A DNA stretch of 64,000 bases from Lama guanicoe (Eukaryota), in the NCBI GenBank assembly GCA_013239625.1, contig MU053881.1:14996373-15060372 (forward strand), read 5' to 3'. Within the stretch, counting starts at the first letter, position 1. The number at the start of each line of letters is the position of its first letter. Below are positions 38,864 to 50,460 of this stretch, one piece after another. A program made the position numbers and the translations under genes. Below the pieces are notes generated by a model. It was not told the origin of the DNA, made no database searches, and saw nothing but the letters and a program-made list of their open reading frames with translations.

Positions 38864-39864
38864 TGGGTGAAGAGGGAGGGGCAGGGGGCCCCGAGAACAT
38901 TCCACGAACCAGCCCAGACAGTTATGCACAACCCGGTTAGATACGGCAGCACCCCCCCACCCCCCGCTCTGCGCCGGCACCCCTGCCAGCTCATTGGGGA
39001 CAAGATGTTCTGAGGTGTGAGCTGATCTGGGGGGACTTGCAGCTGGCAGAGGCTTCTCACTGCCCCCCTGAAGGGGCCGTGCCTCCAGCAGGGAAGGGTT
39101 CTCTTTAGGGGAGCTCAGGTTGGGGGGATGAGAAGGGGCTGGAATTTTCTGGTAAGTCCCCAGTGGCTGCTGCTCTCCTTTCTATGCCCCTGGCAGCGTG
39201 GGCTCCTTACTGGTTCCCAGCCAAGTTCCTACTTCAACACCGCCCCACACACACACACACACAAACACATCCAGCCTCACCCCGAGCCCTGATGGCTGCT
39301 GAATGGAACACCAGGCCTGCGGGTATGTTTTGAGGGTGATCCCAGAATCTTGCCCTTTCAGAAGGCCGTCTGAAAACTACATTCTCTACCACCTATTTGC
39401 AGCCCGGGTCGCAGCGAGGCCTGCCGCAGGAGCTGGGGGCAATTCGAGATGCTCTTGGGCCCATATGGAAGCTCAGTGACTTCATGCTTCTTTCAGGACC
39501 TGCCCTGCATCTCCCCTATTAAAGCCTCTGGGAAAGGGGGCTCCCTGACTGCCCAAAATCACGCAGATGGAGACAAAATCCGCTGGGGACTGGCTGGTGG
39601 CAGGGGGCCGGGTCCCCAGGCTCAAGGAGGGAGTCTCTTAAAGGCTGCCTTGCCCAGGCTGGGTTTGCCCTTTGTCTTCCAGGCACCTGGTGGAAGTCCT
39701 AGCTGCACTTCCTGCTGTACCCCACCCTATGCCCCAGAGCCAAAGGCCAGTCCCCTTTCCGGCTCCTCTGCAACTCAAGGTGGGAGATGAGCCCCCAAAC
39801 ACACAAGGACATGAGGAATCTGCAACCCATCAAGCACCACAAGCTCAGCACTGGGCCCACTCCA

Positions 39865-41094
39865 TCTTTTTACCATAACATTTTTATTAAATAAAAGGAA
39901 AATATTAGGAGACGACGTCTGCTAAGGTATGAGGTTAATTCTTTACATGGCAAGTGGGTCACAGAGACACGACATCAATCGTCCATTAGCAGCAGAGGAG
40001 ACACTTTAAGTTGCCCCAAGGGTAAAAATTGCATTTATAAGACAGCAGTGCTGGCCTCTTAAAAAAAAAAAGAAAAAAGGAACAAGGAAAAAAAATTTTG
40101 AGGTTTAGACACCAAAACAAATGTGGCGGGAGATGCTGCAAAGCCCTTGAAGGGAGAGGCCTCATGGCCCGCCTGACGGCCCACGCCGGGTGGGCACAGA
40201 CCTGGCAGCATTTCAACCTGACTGAACACAGGGTGAGGGGGGAGCAGAGGGCTGGAAAGAGGGAGAGAATAAAAATCACGGGGCAGGCCTGTGGAATGCA
40301 GACGCACTGTGAGACTCTAAAGCAGGCATCCCCCTACATCCACGGGGCAGGGACGGGGCCAGAGTCCCGGCCCCATTCTTGTTAAGGCCCCAGGAGTGAC
40401 CCAGAGCCCAGTGGAAGGCCTGTTGCCCATAAGGGCCATCTCTGGGAGCCGGCTGTGTTTTTTCCTCCTAAAAGCCAGAAAGCAAACACCCTGAAGGTGC
40501 TGGCCCTTCTCGCCCAGCAGCTCGGGCTTCTGGGGAGGAGGAAATGTGCCCTCTGGTTGCCCCCAAGCCAGGTACTTCCCAGCCGCCTCTCCTGCTCCTG
40601 GAGGTCCATGTGTGACAGAGGTTTGGGGTGCATTTGTTTTTAAAACGACACATGCAACTCATGGGGGTGGGAGAAACTGGGGGAGTCAACCATTAATGAG
40701 TTTGCATCTGAATGTCACAGACCTCCAGGCAGGGTGGTAGGGGGAGAGAAGCAGGACAAAGCCACACAATGACACCCCAAAGGAGACCCCGATTCCCCAC
40801 CGGGTAGTGAGAATGCAATGCTGGGCAGGCGAGGAAACTACCTTGGGTGCGAGTCAGCTGCCATAACACATCAGCCTTGTTGCTGGCAGGCTCCCCCAGA
40901 GGGCGTGGAGCCAGGATCTGCTTCAGGAAGGAAGGAGGGACGGGAAGGGGGCCTTATCAACACGGCAGGCCCCACGAGGCCAGTCCCAGGGTGGGGGTAG
41001 CGGGGTTGGTTCACAGTTCTCCGCCCAGACATGAACCAAGCCCCTCACAGAAACCCTGGCATGCGGCCAGGCCAGGGACCTGGGGTCCCAGGAA
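39865..41094 (-). other. KLHL26: KLHL26 3' UTR (proximal form)
   Basis: Repeat-free stretch from the stop codon to AATAAA at 39888-39883, with a U-rich distal part. Cleavage position is estimated. Confidence 0.7.
39883..39888 (-). terminator. KLHL26 proximal polyadenylation signal AATAAA
   Basis: Plus-strand tttatt in an AT-rich context about 1.2 kb after the stop codon, with TGTA upstream on the minus strand. Confidence 0.7.
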
Positions 41095-42676
41095 CTACCT
41101 CCTGGTTCCAGCCCGGGGCAGCAGGACAGGGGCACAGGCGATGCCTGCAAAGGACTCTGGGAAGTGCAGGTCGCGCTCCCACTCGTCTGTCTCGGTGTTA
41201 TACACCTGCACAATGCCTGTCACGTTGTTGAGTCGCCAGTTGTAGCCCCCAACGATGTAGATCTTCCTGTCCAGCAGGCAGCAGCCGGCCTCTGACTGGC
41301 CTGCCCGCATGGGGCTCACGCTGGTCCACTGGTCTGCCTCGGGCACGTAGTACTCCACCGCCAGCACGTCGAAGCAACGGTCAACATGGTCCATGCGGCC
41401 ACCCAGGGCATAGATGCGGCCGCCAGCACCCACCATGGCATGGAGTACTCGGGGCTCACTCATGGGTGCCTTGAACTCCCACTGGTCAGCCTCAGGGTCA
41501 TAGCAGTGCAAGGCCTTCTTGTCCTCCACTGAGATACCATAGCCTCCCGAGATGTAGAGGCGGCCCCCAGCCGAGGCGCCTGCGTGGCCCCACGTGCGGC
41601 GCTTCAGCGAGCAGGCATAGCCCCACTCGTTGCGCCGCGGGCAATACCTCTCCACCGAGGCCAGGCTGCCAGCCCGGTTGCGGCCACCCGTGGCATACAC
41701 CATGCCGCACAGCACGTTCAGCTGGAACTGGATCCGGCTCTCCTGCATGGCCTGCAGGCGCAGCCAGCGGTTCAGGTGGGGGTCATAGCGGTAGCAGGCG
41801 TCCACAGCACCCTCGCCACTGCGGTACTGCAGGTGCTGGCCCCCCGCCACGTACACAAAGTTGTCCAGCACAGCCACGCACGTGTGGCTGCAGCCGACCT
41901 CCATCTCTGTAAGCTCACGGAAGTGGCGGGCGCCCGGCTCTGGCAGCTGGTACACCTTGCTACTGACGGAGCGGTCGCTGTCGGTGTAGGGCGTGCCGCC
42001 GAAGGCGACCAGTGAGGGCACGTCCGAGCGCACAGCTGTGCGCGGAGACTGCATCTCATGCTGCCGGAAGGGTAGCACCTGGTAGTTGAAGGCCTCCAGG
42101 AGGTACTGGCGGCACAGCACGTCCTCCACCATGATATCCAGCGTCTGCACGCTATCCACCAGGTCTGATGACCGCATGAGCGGGAAGCGGATGTGGCAGA
42201 GCACATGGCTGGCGCGCAGCCGCCTGGCAGGGTCGTGCTGCAGCCAGCGGACAGCTGCGCGGAACAGGTCGATCTCGGCACAGCTCTGCAGCCGGTTGCT
42301 CTGCAGGAAGAAGACCAGGCGCTCCAGCGGCAGGTGCAGGAAGTCCTCCTCCTCAGCAATCTGCAGGAAGTGCCGGAAGGTGAAGGCATCCACCGATTCC
42401 TTGAGCGAGGCCAGGCTGAAGGTGGTGGCCATGTGGCCGATGTTGAGGCAGGTCTCCACGCTCATGGCGGCCTTGAGGAACTCCTCACACAGCTCCACCA
42501 CAGGCAGCATCTGCAGGAACACAGCTGCGCCCAGCACGTCCTGCACACAGTCCAGGTCCAGCGTCACCTCAGCACTATAGGCGAAGTCGATGATGTGTTG
42601 CAGGCCGCGGGCTGACACGCCCTTCAGCTCGATAACATCCTGGCTTGCCTCCCTCATGCCGCCCGTGAACATGGCC
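41095..42676 (-). CDS. KLHL26: Kelch-like protein 26, last coding exon (BTB C-terminal half, BACK, Kelch repeats)
   Basis: ORF AMFTGGMREASQDVIELKGVS...APVLLPRAGTRR* with BACK motif and GG-containing Kelch repeats. Acceptor tttctgatcttcAG|G (AG at 42678-42677) is phase-compatible with exon 2; TAG at 41097-41095. Confidence 0.97.
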
Positions 42677-43808
42677 CTGAAGATCAGAAATACAGCATGT
42701 GGGCTCGGGGCAGCCAAGGGGTGTTGTGGCTGGCTGAGAACTGCCTGGCCCCAGGATACCACAAGACTGGCATGGCTGGCCAGGGGAAAGCAGGCTGGAT
42801 GCTCATTAAAGACATGCCCCCACCCCCCAGAAAAAGATTTTTAATCCACCCCAAGCCATGTATCTTCCTACAAACAGTAACTCCTCACTCTTTCCCTCTA
42901 CATGGGGCCCTGCCCAGCCCCACCCAGAGGTATGCAGGGCTGGGGCCCAGCTGGCTCGGAGGGCGGGAACCAGGGGCTGCTCGCTATGGGGCGGGTACGT
43001 TTCAGCAGGAAGAGACCAAACTGACTTTGGCTCTGAGGACAGATCTCCAGCCCCATCTTAGCACCCAGCCTGGAAGACCACACCTGAGGCAAGCTCAGGA
43101 GACAAGGCAGGGACTCTGAGAACACTATGCACCATGGTTCACAGAGCCTAGCCCCTCACCGGCATGTTCACCGGCTCCACCTTCCTGGGTCTTGGTCACT
43201 GTCACACGAGTTGGAGAGGGGTGAGGGGCTCCAAGTCAGAGTACCCATTAGGGGGCTGTGCTAGGGTCCCTGCCGTGTCCAGAGGCCTAGGCAGTCAGGG
43301 AGGCCTGAGAATGGCCAGAGGAGCACTGGCCCATCGTGAGACCCCCCCAGCAGCAAGTGACCCCAGTTCTGTCAGCCATACTGTCTTGCTTCTGGAAGCA
43401 GTGCTAATGTGAGCACTGGTGAGAGACACAGGCCCTGGGTCATAGCCCCCCACAGCCTTTGAGGGCCCCCCACCAGGAAGTAGGGCAAGAAACCCCTGCT
43501 TGGGGTTCTTGGGAGGCTCTAGAAGATGGTATATGGCAGGCTCCTTTCCTGGGGCAAGCTGGCATTTCATCATAACTGTAACTACCATCAGCGCACGTCT
43601 GTGACAGCCGTCCAAGGGAAGAGAACTTCCCAACATCGCCCGACGGATGCCCATACCCTAGTCGCACACCCAGTGGGCCCAGCTCAGGCCCCAGCACAGG
43701 GACAGCTGAACTTGGTGCTGCTGTGGACCCAACAAGTAATAACTGCCCAACCCTCCGCAGCAGCGCTTCACCAGCCCCCCAGACCCCACTTCTTGTCCCC
43801 TTGAGTCC

Positions 43809-43977
43809 CGTCAGCTCATTGAAGGCAGAAGCAATCACGGTGACGGGAGGGAGCGTTGCCTTTTAAGGCCTCTCCGACTGCAGTGCCAGCGCAGAGGAGC
43901 CTTTAAAGGGCATTTCTGCTTGGGCCGGCCCGCCCGTCCCCAAATCCAGAATAAAAATAGAAGCGGCGCCCCAGATG
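43809..43977. promoter_or_regulatory. Candidate enhancer: two CArG boxes, MEF2-like site, two half-CREs, E-box
   Basis: CGTCA 43809-43813, TGACG 43841-43845, CCTTTTAAGG 43859-43868, CCTTTAAAGG 43900-43909, ATAAAAATAG 43951-43960, CAGATG 43972-43977. Confidence 0.5.
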
Positions 43978-44875
43978 GCTTGGCTGCTCCAGCTCCCCAG
44001 AATGGCCTCTCTGAGCCCGTGGGGCAGGCAGCCAGGGGGCGCAACAGGCGAGGCACTGGGGATGTGAGGAGCATGCAGCCCAAGGCGGGCGCCCAAGCAA
44101 GGGCACTGTGAGCAGGCAGGTGCGGACGTGTCAGCCACCCCCGACAAACTGGGGCTGAAGAACCACCCCCAGGGCGGCACTCCAGCTCTCTCTGGGGGCA
44201 AGAGGGAGCTTGCCGGCTAGTCACTGAGGGAATGAGGGAGACCGTCCCAGCCTGTGACAGACCTTAGTTGGCGGAGAAGACTGGCCCCTGGCCCTGCTCC
44301 ATGGGGCCTTTGCTCCCCTGCGCAGCCAGGCACAGGGAAGGAGCTTTAAGGAAAGGGCTTTCGGGACAGACAGATCCATATACCCAGCAAGGCCTCACCC
44401 ATCACATGGGGCCTTGGACAGAGCCTGGCACACATGATGGCTGCTGGCTAGGTGTCTATCCCATCCCTTGGCCTGAGCGCAGGCACCATGAGGGCAGGAC
44501 TCCTGCCTGTCTTACCTCTGCCAAATCCCTGGGGCCTAGAATAGCGCCTGGCGCACGCAGCACCCAGATGTCAAATAAAGACAGAAAATGAAAACCTGAT
44601 GGAGCCCAGCCACCTCCGCAGGGAAGAAGCTGCTAATCAGATGCCCACCTGTGTCCCCCAGGCATGTTCTGCTTGTCTACTCAGTCTGAATAAGTTGCAA
44701 ACCTGGAAAAAACCTGCAGGTTTACTGGACATCTGGCTTCTCTCTAAACCCAAAATGGGCCAACTGTCACATTCCCTCAGAGCCGGAGCTGTCCCTGGCC
44801 AGATGCCCTAGCCCTGAGATCTTCCCTCTGAGAAGGGCAGGCACACTCCACCCTGCCCGTGGGGCCCACGCTCAC

Positions 44876-45058
44876 CTGAAGTAGTCACTGCAGGCAGCCA
44901 GGACTACCTTGTGCGCGTGGAAGGTCTCTCGGTTGATGGTGAGCACAACGTCCAGGAGCTGGCCCTGGGCGCGGAGGGTGGCGAGGCCCTGCAGGAGGCT
45001 GGTGCTATGGCCAGGGGCCGAGAAGGTGCACTTGAGGGCCCCATTCTTGTCGGCCATG
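44876..45058 (-). CDS. KLHL26: Kelch-like protein 26, exon 2 (BTB N-terminal half)
   Basis: 183 nt, encoding MADKNGALKCTFSAPGHSTSLLQGLATLRAQGQLLDVVLTINRETFHAHKVVLAACSDYF(R) with the BTB signature HKVVLAACSDYFR. Acceptor gtttccctgcAG (45060-45059), donor AG|GTGAGC (44875-44874). Splicing to 42676 restores YFRAMF. Confidence 0.97.
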
Positions 45059-45344
45059 CTGCAGGGAAACAGAGGTGGGCAGGTGGCTCAGAGGCCTCAG
45101 GGTTGTCTGGTCTCTTCTGGGGACCCTAGGCAGGCTTTGTAGGGCCCTGAAGCTGCCCCAGGAGGAGACGAAATTGCCAGAACCAGCCCCAAAGAAGCGG
45201 AAATAAGACCTAGGTCCCCATGGTGTCTGCCACCTGCCCACTGACTGGCCTTGGCAGTGGATGACCCTCTCCAGCCTTCATATGCCACCTGTGAAATGGG
45301 CGGAGGAGTTTCATGCAGGACACACAGAGGCTCCCATGTCTCTT

Positions 45345-45800
45345 TTCTATGTATTCATTGAGGTGAGATTCATACAACATTCATCATTTTAAAGTGTAAA
45401 ATTCAGTGGCATAATAAAATGTACTCACAGTGCTGTACAACCATCACCTCTATCAAGTTCCAGAACACTTCAGAACTGCAAAAGGAGATCCATATCCATT
45501 AATAGTCAGTCACTCCCCACCTCCCCCCAGCCCTGGTAGCCACTAATCAGCTTCCCGTCACTATGGTATCGCCTGTTTTGCACATTTTATGTGAATAGGA
45601 TCATTGAACACTCCCCCTTTTGTGTCTGGCTTCTGTCACTCAGCCTGATGTCTTCAAGGTTCTTCCATGTTGTAGCCTGAATCCGCTTCATTCCTTTTTT
45701 ATGACTGTGTAATATTCCATTGTGTGGGTGCACCACAATTCCTTTATCTGCTCACCCACCTATGAACCTTTGGGTTGCTTCCAACCATCTCCTTTTTAAA
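45345..45800 (-). mobile_element. L1M (L1MB-like) 3' end, sense to KLHL26
   Basis: ttttaaagtgtaaaattcagtggc, ccttttgtgtctggcttct, taatattccattgtgtgg. Confidence 0.85.
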
Positions 45801-46614
45801 CATTTATTTCATCATCTTTCATTCTAAAATGACCTGTGCCTACTGAGTGCTCATTTTGACTCTCTGCATCACCTTACTGGTCCCTGTGCCCCAGCAAGCC
45901 ACCCTCATTAATAACCCCTTCTTCTCTTCCCCACAGGAGACAGGGTAGGATTAGAAGCCAGTATGGAGGTCCAGTTGGGCCTAAAGGAGGAACTCGAAAG
46001 CTGCAGCCTCCCAGGCAGTATTAAGCCCCAGGGGTGGGGATGCCATGGGCCACCTTCTCACTGCGGGGGAGGGAGTGCCACCTCCAGAAGGTGCTGGCTT
46101 TCAAGGCCCATCAGGCTGAGTGAAAGAGGCCGGACACAAAAGGCCACACACTGCATGATTCCAGCCACTCTGGCACGGCATGGGCCCAGTGTGCCTTTTG
46201 GGCCCAGAACCCCAGAGGAGGGTGGCTACACAACCATAAAGTCACCTTGGCTGTTTTCAGAAGAATTTGGCTCTGGCTGTGCTCAGTGGCCACCCAGCCA
46301 AGGGGAAACACCTGTTGATCCTACCTTTCAGGGACAGGGACACACTGAGCAGCTTGTCCACGGCTCCATGTCTAGAAGAGGACACAGGAGGATTTGATTC
46401 TGGGTCCAGGAAAAAGCACATCACATGGGATCTTCCTGTCACTTTGTGGCCAATGTGAAGAAACCACAAAATCAAGAATAACTGCCTCAAGAAGATGGAT
46501 TTATCTGTGGGGACAGCTCCCTGGGGGGAATGGGACAAGTGAAACAGATTCCTGCACCTCAAAATGAAGATGCTCAAAGCAAACGTTGTTCTAGGATATA
46601 AATAAAGTTTTAAA

Positions 46615-47060
46615 AAGGCAAAGGGTGGAAACAACCCAAATTTGCATCAATGGATGAATGGATAAACAAAATGTGGTGTATGCACACAATGGAATATTAC
46701 TCAGTCATAAAAAGGAACGAAGTTGATTCATGCTACAGTGTGGAAGAACCTTGAAGACATCAGGCTGAGTAAAAGAGGCCAGACACAAAAGGCCACGTGC
46801 TGCATGATTCCATTTCTAAGAAATGTCCAGAACAGGCAAAACCATAGGGACAGAAAGCAGATCAGTAGTTACAAGAGACTGGGGGGTGGGGGTAGGGAGT
46901 GACTGCTTGTGGGTAAGGGGTTCCCTTTGGGGTGATAAAAATGTCCTGGAACTAGACAGAGATGATGGTTGCACAACATTGCAAAAACACTAAATGCCAC
47001 TGAATTGGATACTTTAAATGATGGATTTTATGTTATATGGATTTCACCTCAAAAAACAAA
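46615..47060 (+). mobile_element. L1M (L1MB-like) 3' end
   Basis: ggtggaaacaacccaaat, gccagacacaaaaggccac; ends tttcacctcaaaaaac. Confidence 0.85.
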
Positions 47061-49939
47061 ACAACACTCAAGGACATCTGTGCCTTCTCAGGTCCTGTGT
47101 AAAACCCTGCCATGACCTCCAGGGCCTCAGACTATATCAGGTCTTCTGTGGTTCAGCCTCTATCACCCCAACTCACCCCCCTCAGCCCCTGTCCCCTTGG
47201 CTATTTCATCTTGGAAAGCTTTTGTAGAAATTCATCCATAAATGAATGGTTTAGGAGGCCCTAATACATCACTTCATTCTCCAAACATAATAGGAGGGGA
47301 CAGTGCCCATCAGTCCATCAGGCCCCCATGGGGTCAAGAATCTTCCCAAGACCCTCCCAGCCCACACCCTACCCCACCCCAGGCAAAAGCCATCCTCTGC
47401 CACACTCTGCTTTCTCCCCATGGTCTCCGGCTCTCTGGAACTTGCTATCCCATTCCTGGGACTGATGCCTGCCCACAAATGAGGGCCAGGAATGTGGGCA
47501 CTGGTCTTTCCAAGAAAGCAGGAGGGGAAAGAAGGCTCCTCGGCTCCCACTGCCCACCAGCTCCCAAAACACTATCGGTGATGTGATAGTGTTGAGCACA
47601 AGGCACACAGTCGGGACTAACGCAAGGTCCCTGACTCGCATGGGCTGCCCACCTCAGCAGCCCTTCTGGAGAGCCTCCAGAAAGGGGACAAACCGACCAA
47701 TGCACAGAGCGGCTGCAGGGCTCCGGGCATTGACCACAGGTCTGCCAGGTGCTCAGAGTCCCAAAGATTAGAGGACAAGATGGGGGGACAAGGGGCCTGG
47801 GAGTGGACCTGGTACAGGGGACAGGATATGGAGGGAGGATAAAGGACATGGCAAGGGAGGGCCTGATGCAGGAGACAGGGGACATGGCGGGAGACACCAC
47901 CCATGTATGTGGAAAACCTTCTGTCCCTGGGAGGCAGGAAGATATGTGATTCAGAGCCCAGGGCCGTGGTCACCTGGGCTGATGATGCTGAGGTGCCACT
48001 GGTGCCGGCAGTCAGATCCGGGATTTGTCTGGGAGGTTGGGTGTGCAGGCTGTGGAAGGAGGGAAGGGAAAGGGCCCAGGAGGACCCTGAGCCTCTAGCT
48101 TGGCCCAGTCTCCTCTCCCATCAGGTGGAGGGGACACCCACCTCACACGCCCCCTCCTCTCCTCCTCTCAGCCAGTGCTGCTGCCCATCCATCCTGAATG
48201 GCCACTGCTGGGACCCGAGCCACTGCTCTTTCAATTTCCCAAGAACCCCAATGGACCCGTGTTTTGAAGATTACAAAGACAATGTCATTGGTTCACAGAC
48301 CCTCAGAACTCAAAGAGCCTCCAATTGTACCTACTCTCTGGCCAGGGATGTCCTCCGCTATATAGGCCCTGCCAGGACATCTCCAGAGACAGGGTCTTGC
48401 TGTGTCCTCTCACCAATGACGGGCCTCTGGACCACCTGAGCCAAAGCCGTGTCCCACCTCAGCCTCTAAGGACCCTTGATGGCTAAGGTCCAACTCCCCT
48501 CCCCTATTCTCCTCACAGGCTTTTTTTGTCAGCCCCTCGTCCCTTTCCCATCGGTGGGAGGACACAGCACAAATAAGACAGAGTAGCCCTGCCCTCACCA
48601 GGTGCACGGTCCAGGGAATAGGGACCCAAAGTGGTCAAATCATCCAGAATCAGCTTCATATTAGAGCTGTATTCCAGGGGGAACAGATGGGACTGGGAGT
48701 ACAGAGGTGCAGAGGCTAGAAAACGGGGGTGTCTCCGGGTTCTCTTCCCAGCTCTGCCACCCCCGAGGTTAGACAGGGACACCAAGCCTCTCCCACAGAA
48801 TGGAGGGCTGGGCTGCATCCTGTGTGTTGGCTGGCCCACGGAAGCAGACCCCATTACTATGCAGAGCCACCTCTCCCCTATGCCCCACCCCGGCCTGGGG
48901 CCAGGAGCTCCACCTTCTCTGTGCAGCACAGCAGCCAGGGAGTCAGGGACAGCTGGTGTGACCCCTTAGAACCTCCCTCCCAGGGCTAAGGATGGAAGAG
49001 GTGTGTCTCAAATCAGGGACTGTGTTACAATGCAGATGCAGATACAGATGCAGACATCGTCGGTCTGCATAGCCATGGGGAGGGCAACGCTGCTCTCTGC
49101 AGATCCCACTCAGCACAGTAGTGGCTGCAGGCTGTGAGAAGGTGACACACGTACAGCAACAGCTTGCCACTTTCAACACTAGGATCCCCTAAAATCATCC
49201 AAACCTGCAGCCTGGCCCTGAGTAGACTGTCTGGAGGGTTGGGCCAGGACCCAAAGCCTGGGAGATGCACCTTGGTGAGACCCACTCCAGAAAGCCTGCC
49301 TGGGCTGCACCATGGATGGCCCTTACCGCCCCAGGCTCTAGAATCTGGTGTCACCCCTGCCCTGCTATGTGCCAGCTGTGTGACTCTGGCATGTTCCCTG
49401 GTCCTCTGGGTCTTCATTTTTTTAGCTATCAAATCGGGCAGGAAAGAGCACAGATGTCACAGAGCTGCCATGAGACTTCCTGACCCCCATCCCCTCCTAG
49501 CCCCCATCACAAATGAGGGGCCACTGACCACCTACTTTCTCCAGCTGCACTTTGTGCTGGCAAGGCCCATGGGGGACTGCATCCTGCCACCACCCATATA
49601 AGCCACCTGCATGCCTTTGCATGGGGCCAAGTGCTTGGGAACTTGAAGCTTGGAACCACCCACAGAGTGCTGGCACATGACAGGTGCCAAGTTAGCCTGG
49701 TTGGCCTCTCTGTGGACACCTCGCCTCACAGATTTTGTACACTCCCCAACCCCAGCCTTTGCCATTTTGCTTTTAGCTGGCCTCGTTTTTCTCTTAGAAG
49801 CACCTCAGAGATTGTGAGGCTGGGAGAGAGGACTTCCTGTGCTTCCTCTGAGCCCTGGGGACTGGTGTGAATGTGCATGTTTTCACCTGAAGAAAGACCT
49901 CACACCAGAGGCAACTTCATCCTGGGGCTGCTTGCTCCC

Positions 49940-50460
49940 TGGATATATATTCCCTGTGGTCCTCCATATATAAAGAGCACCAAGAAATCAATACAAAGCC
50001 ACTAACGCCACCAAAAGCTCCACAAATGACATGAGCAGATAGTTCATAGGAAAGGAAGCCCAGCTGGCTGGAGAGACCTAAGAGTCAGCCTCACCCACAA
50101 TAAGGGAAGCGTGCTCACCAAAGGACAGACTTCACCCCTCAGGTGGGCAGAATCATCAGGCCATCTGGCAGCAGATGCTCGTGACCATATCCAGCAGGAT
50201 TGGGAAGTGGGACAACCCCCAGGAAGGCAGTTTGGCAGACCTAGCAAAATTGTAAAGGCTCACATCCTCGACCGAGCAAGCCAACTTTGGGGATTTATCT
50301 CAGAAATTCTCGCACGTGCAAGTTGAGAGATGTGTGAGGATACTTACCAAATACCATTTCTGGGTGCTGAAGATGGGAGACGAACTAAAGGCCCTTTAAG
50401 GGGAGACAAATGGCTGCTCTTCAGCTGAGCACAGAGGCCATGCACACTCAGTGTTAAAAT
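49940..50460 (+). mobile_element. Highly diverged L1ME-like fragment
   Basis: atatataaagagcaccaagaaatcaat, gacatgagcagatagttcatagg, ggaaggcagtttggcag. Confidence 0.55.

Noticed and set aside
41498..42615. Overlapping antisense and alternative-frame ORFs of 140-205 aa within KLHL26
   Set aside because: Expected shadows of a high-GC3 coding exon; no recognisable domains.
42677..42762. N-terminal 'MVSWGQAVL...' of the 555-aa ORF
   Set aside because: Intronic read-through upstream of the acceptor at 42678-42677; not part of KLHL26.
31716..44876. KLHL26-CRTC1 read-through fusion protein
   Set aside because: KLHL26 exon 2 ends in phase 2, whereas CRTC1 exon 2 must start in phase 0, so the join would be out of frame. 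Nothing in the sequence supports it.
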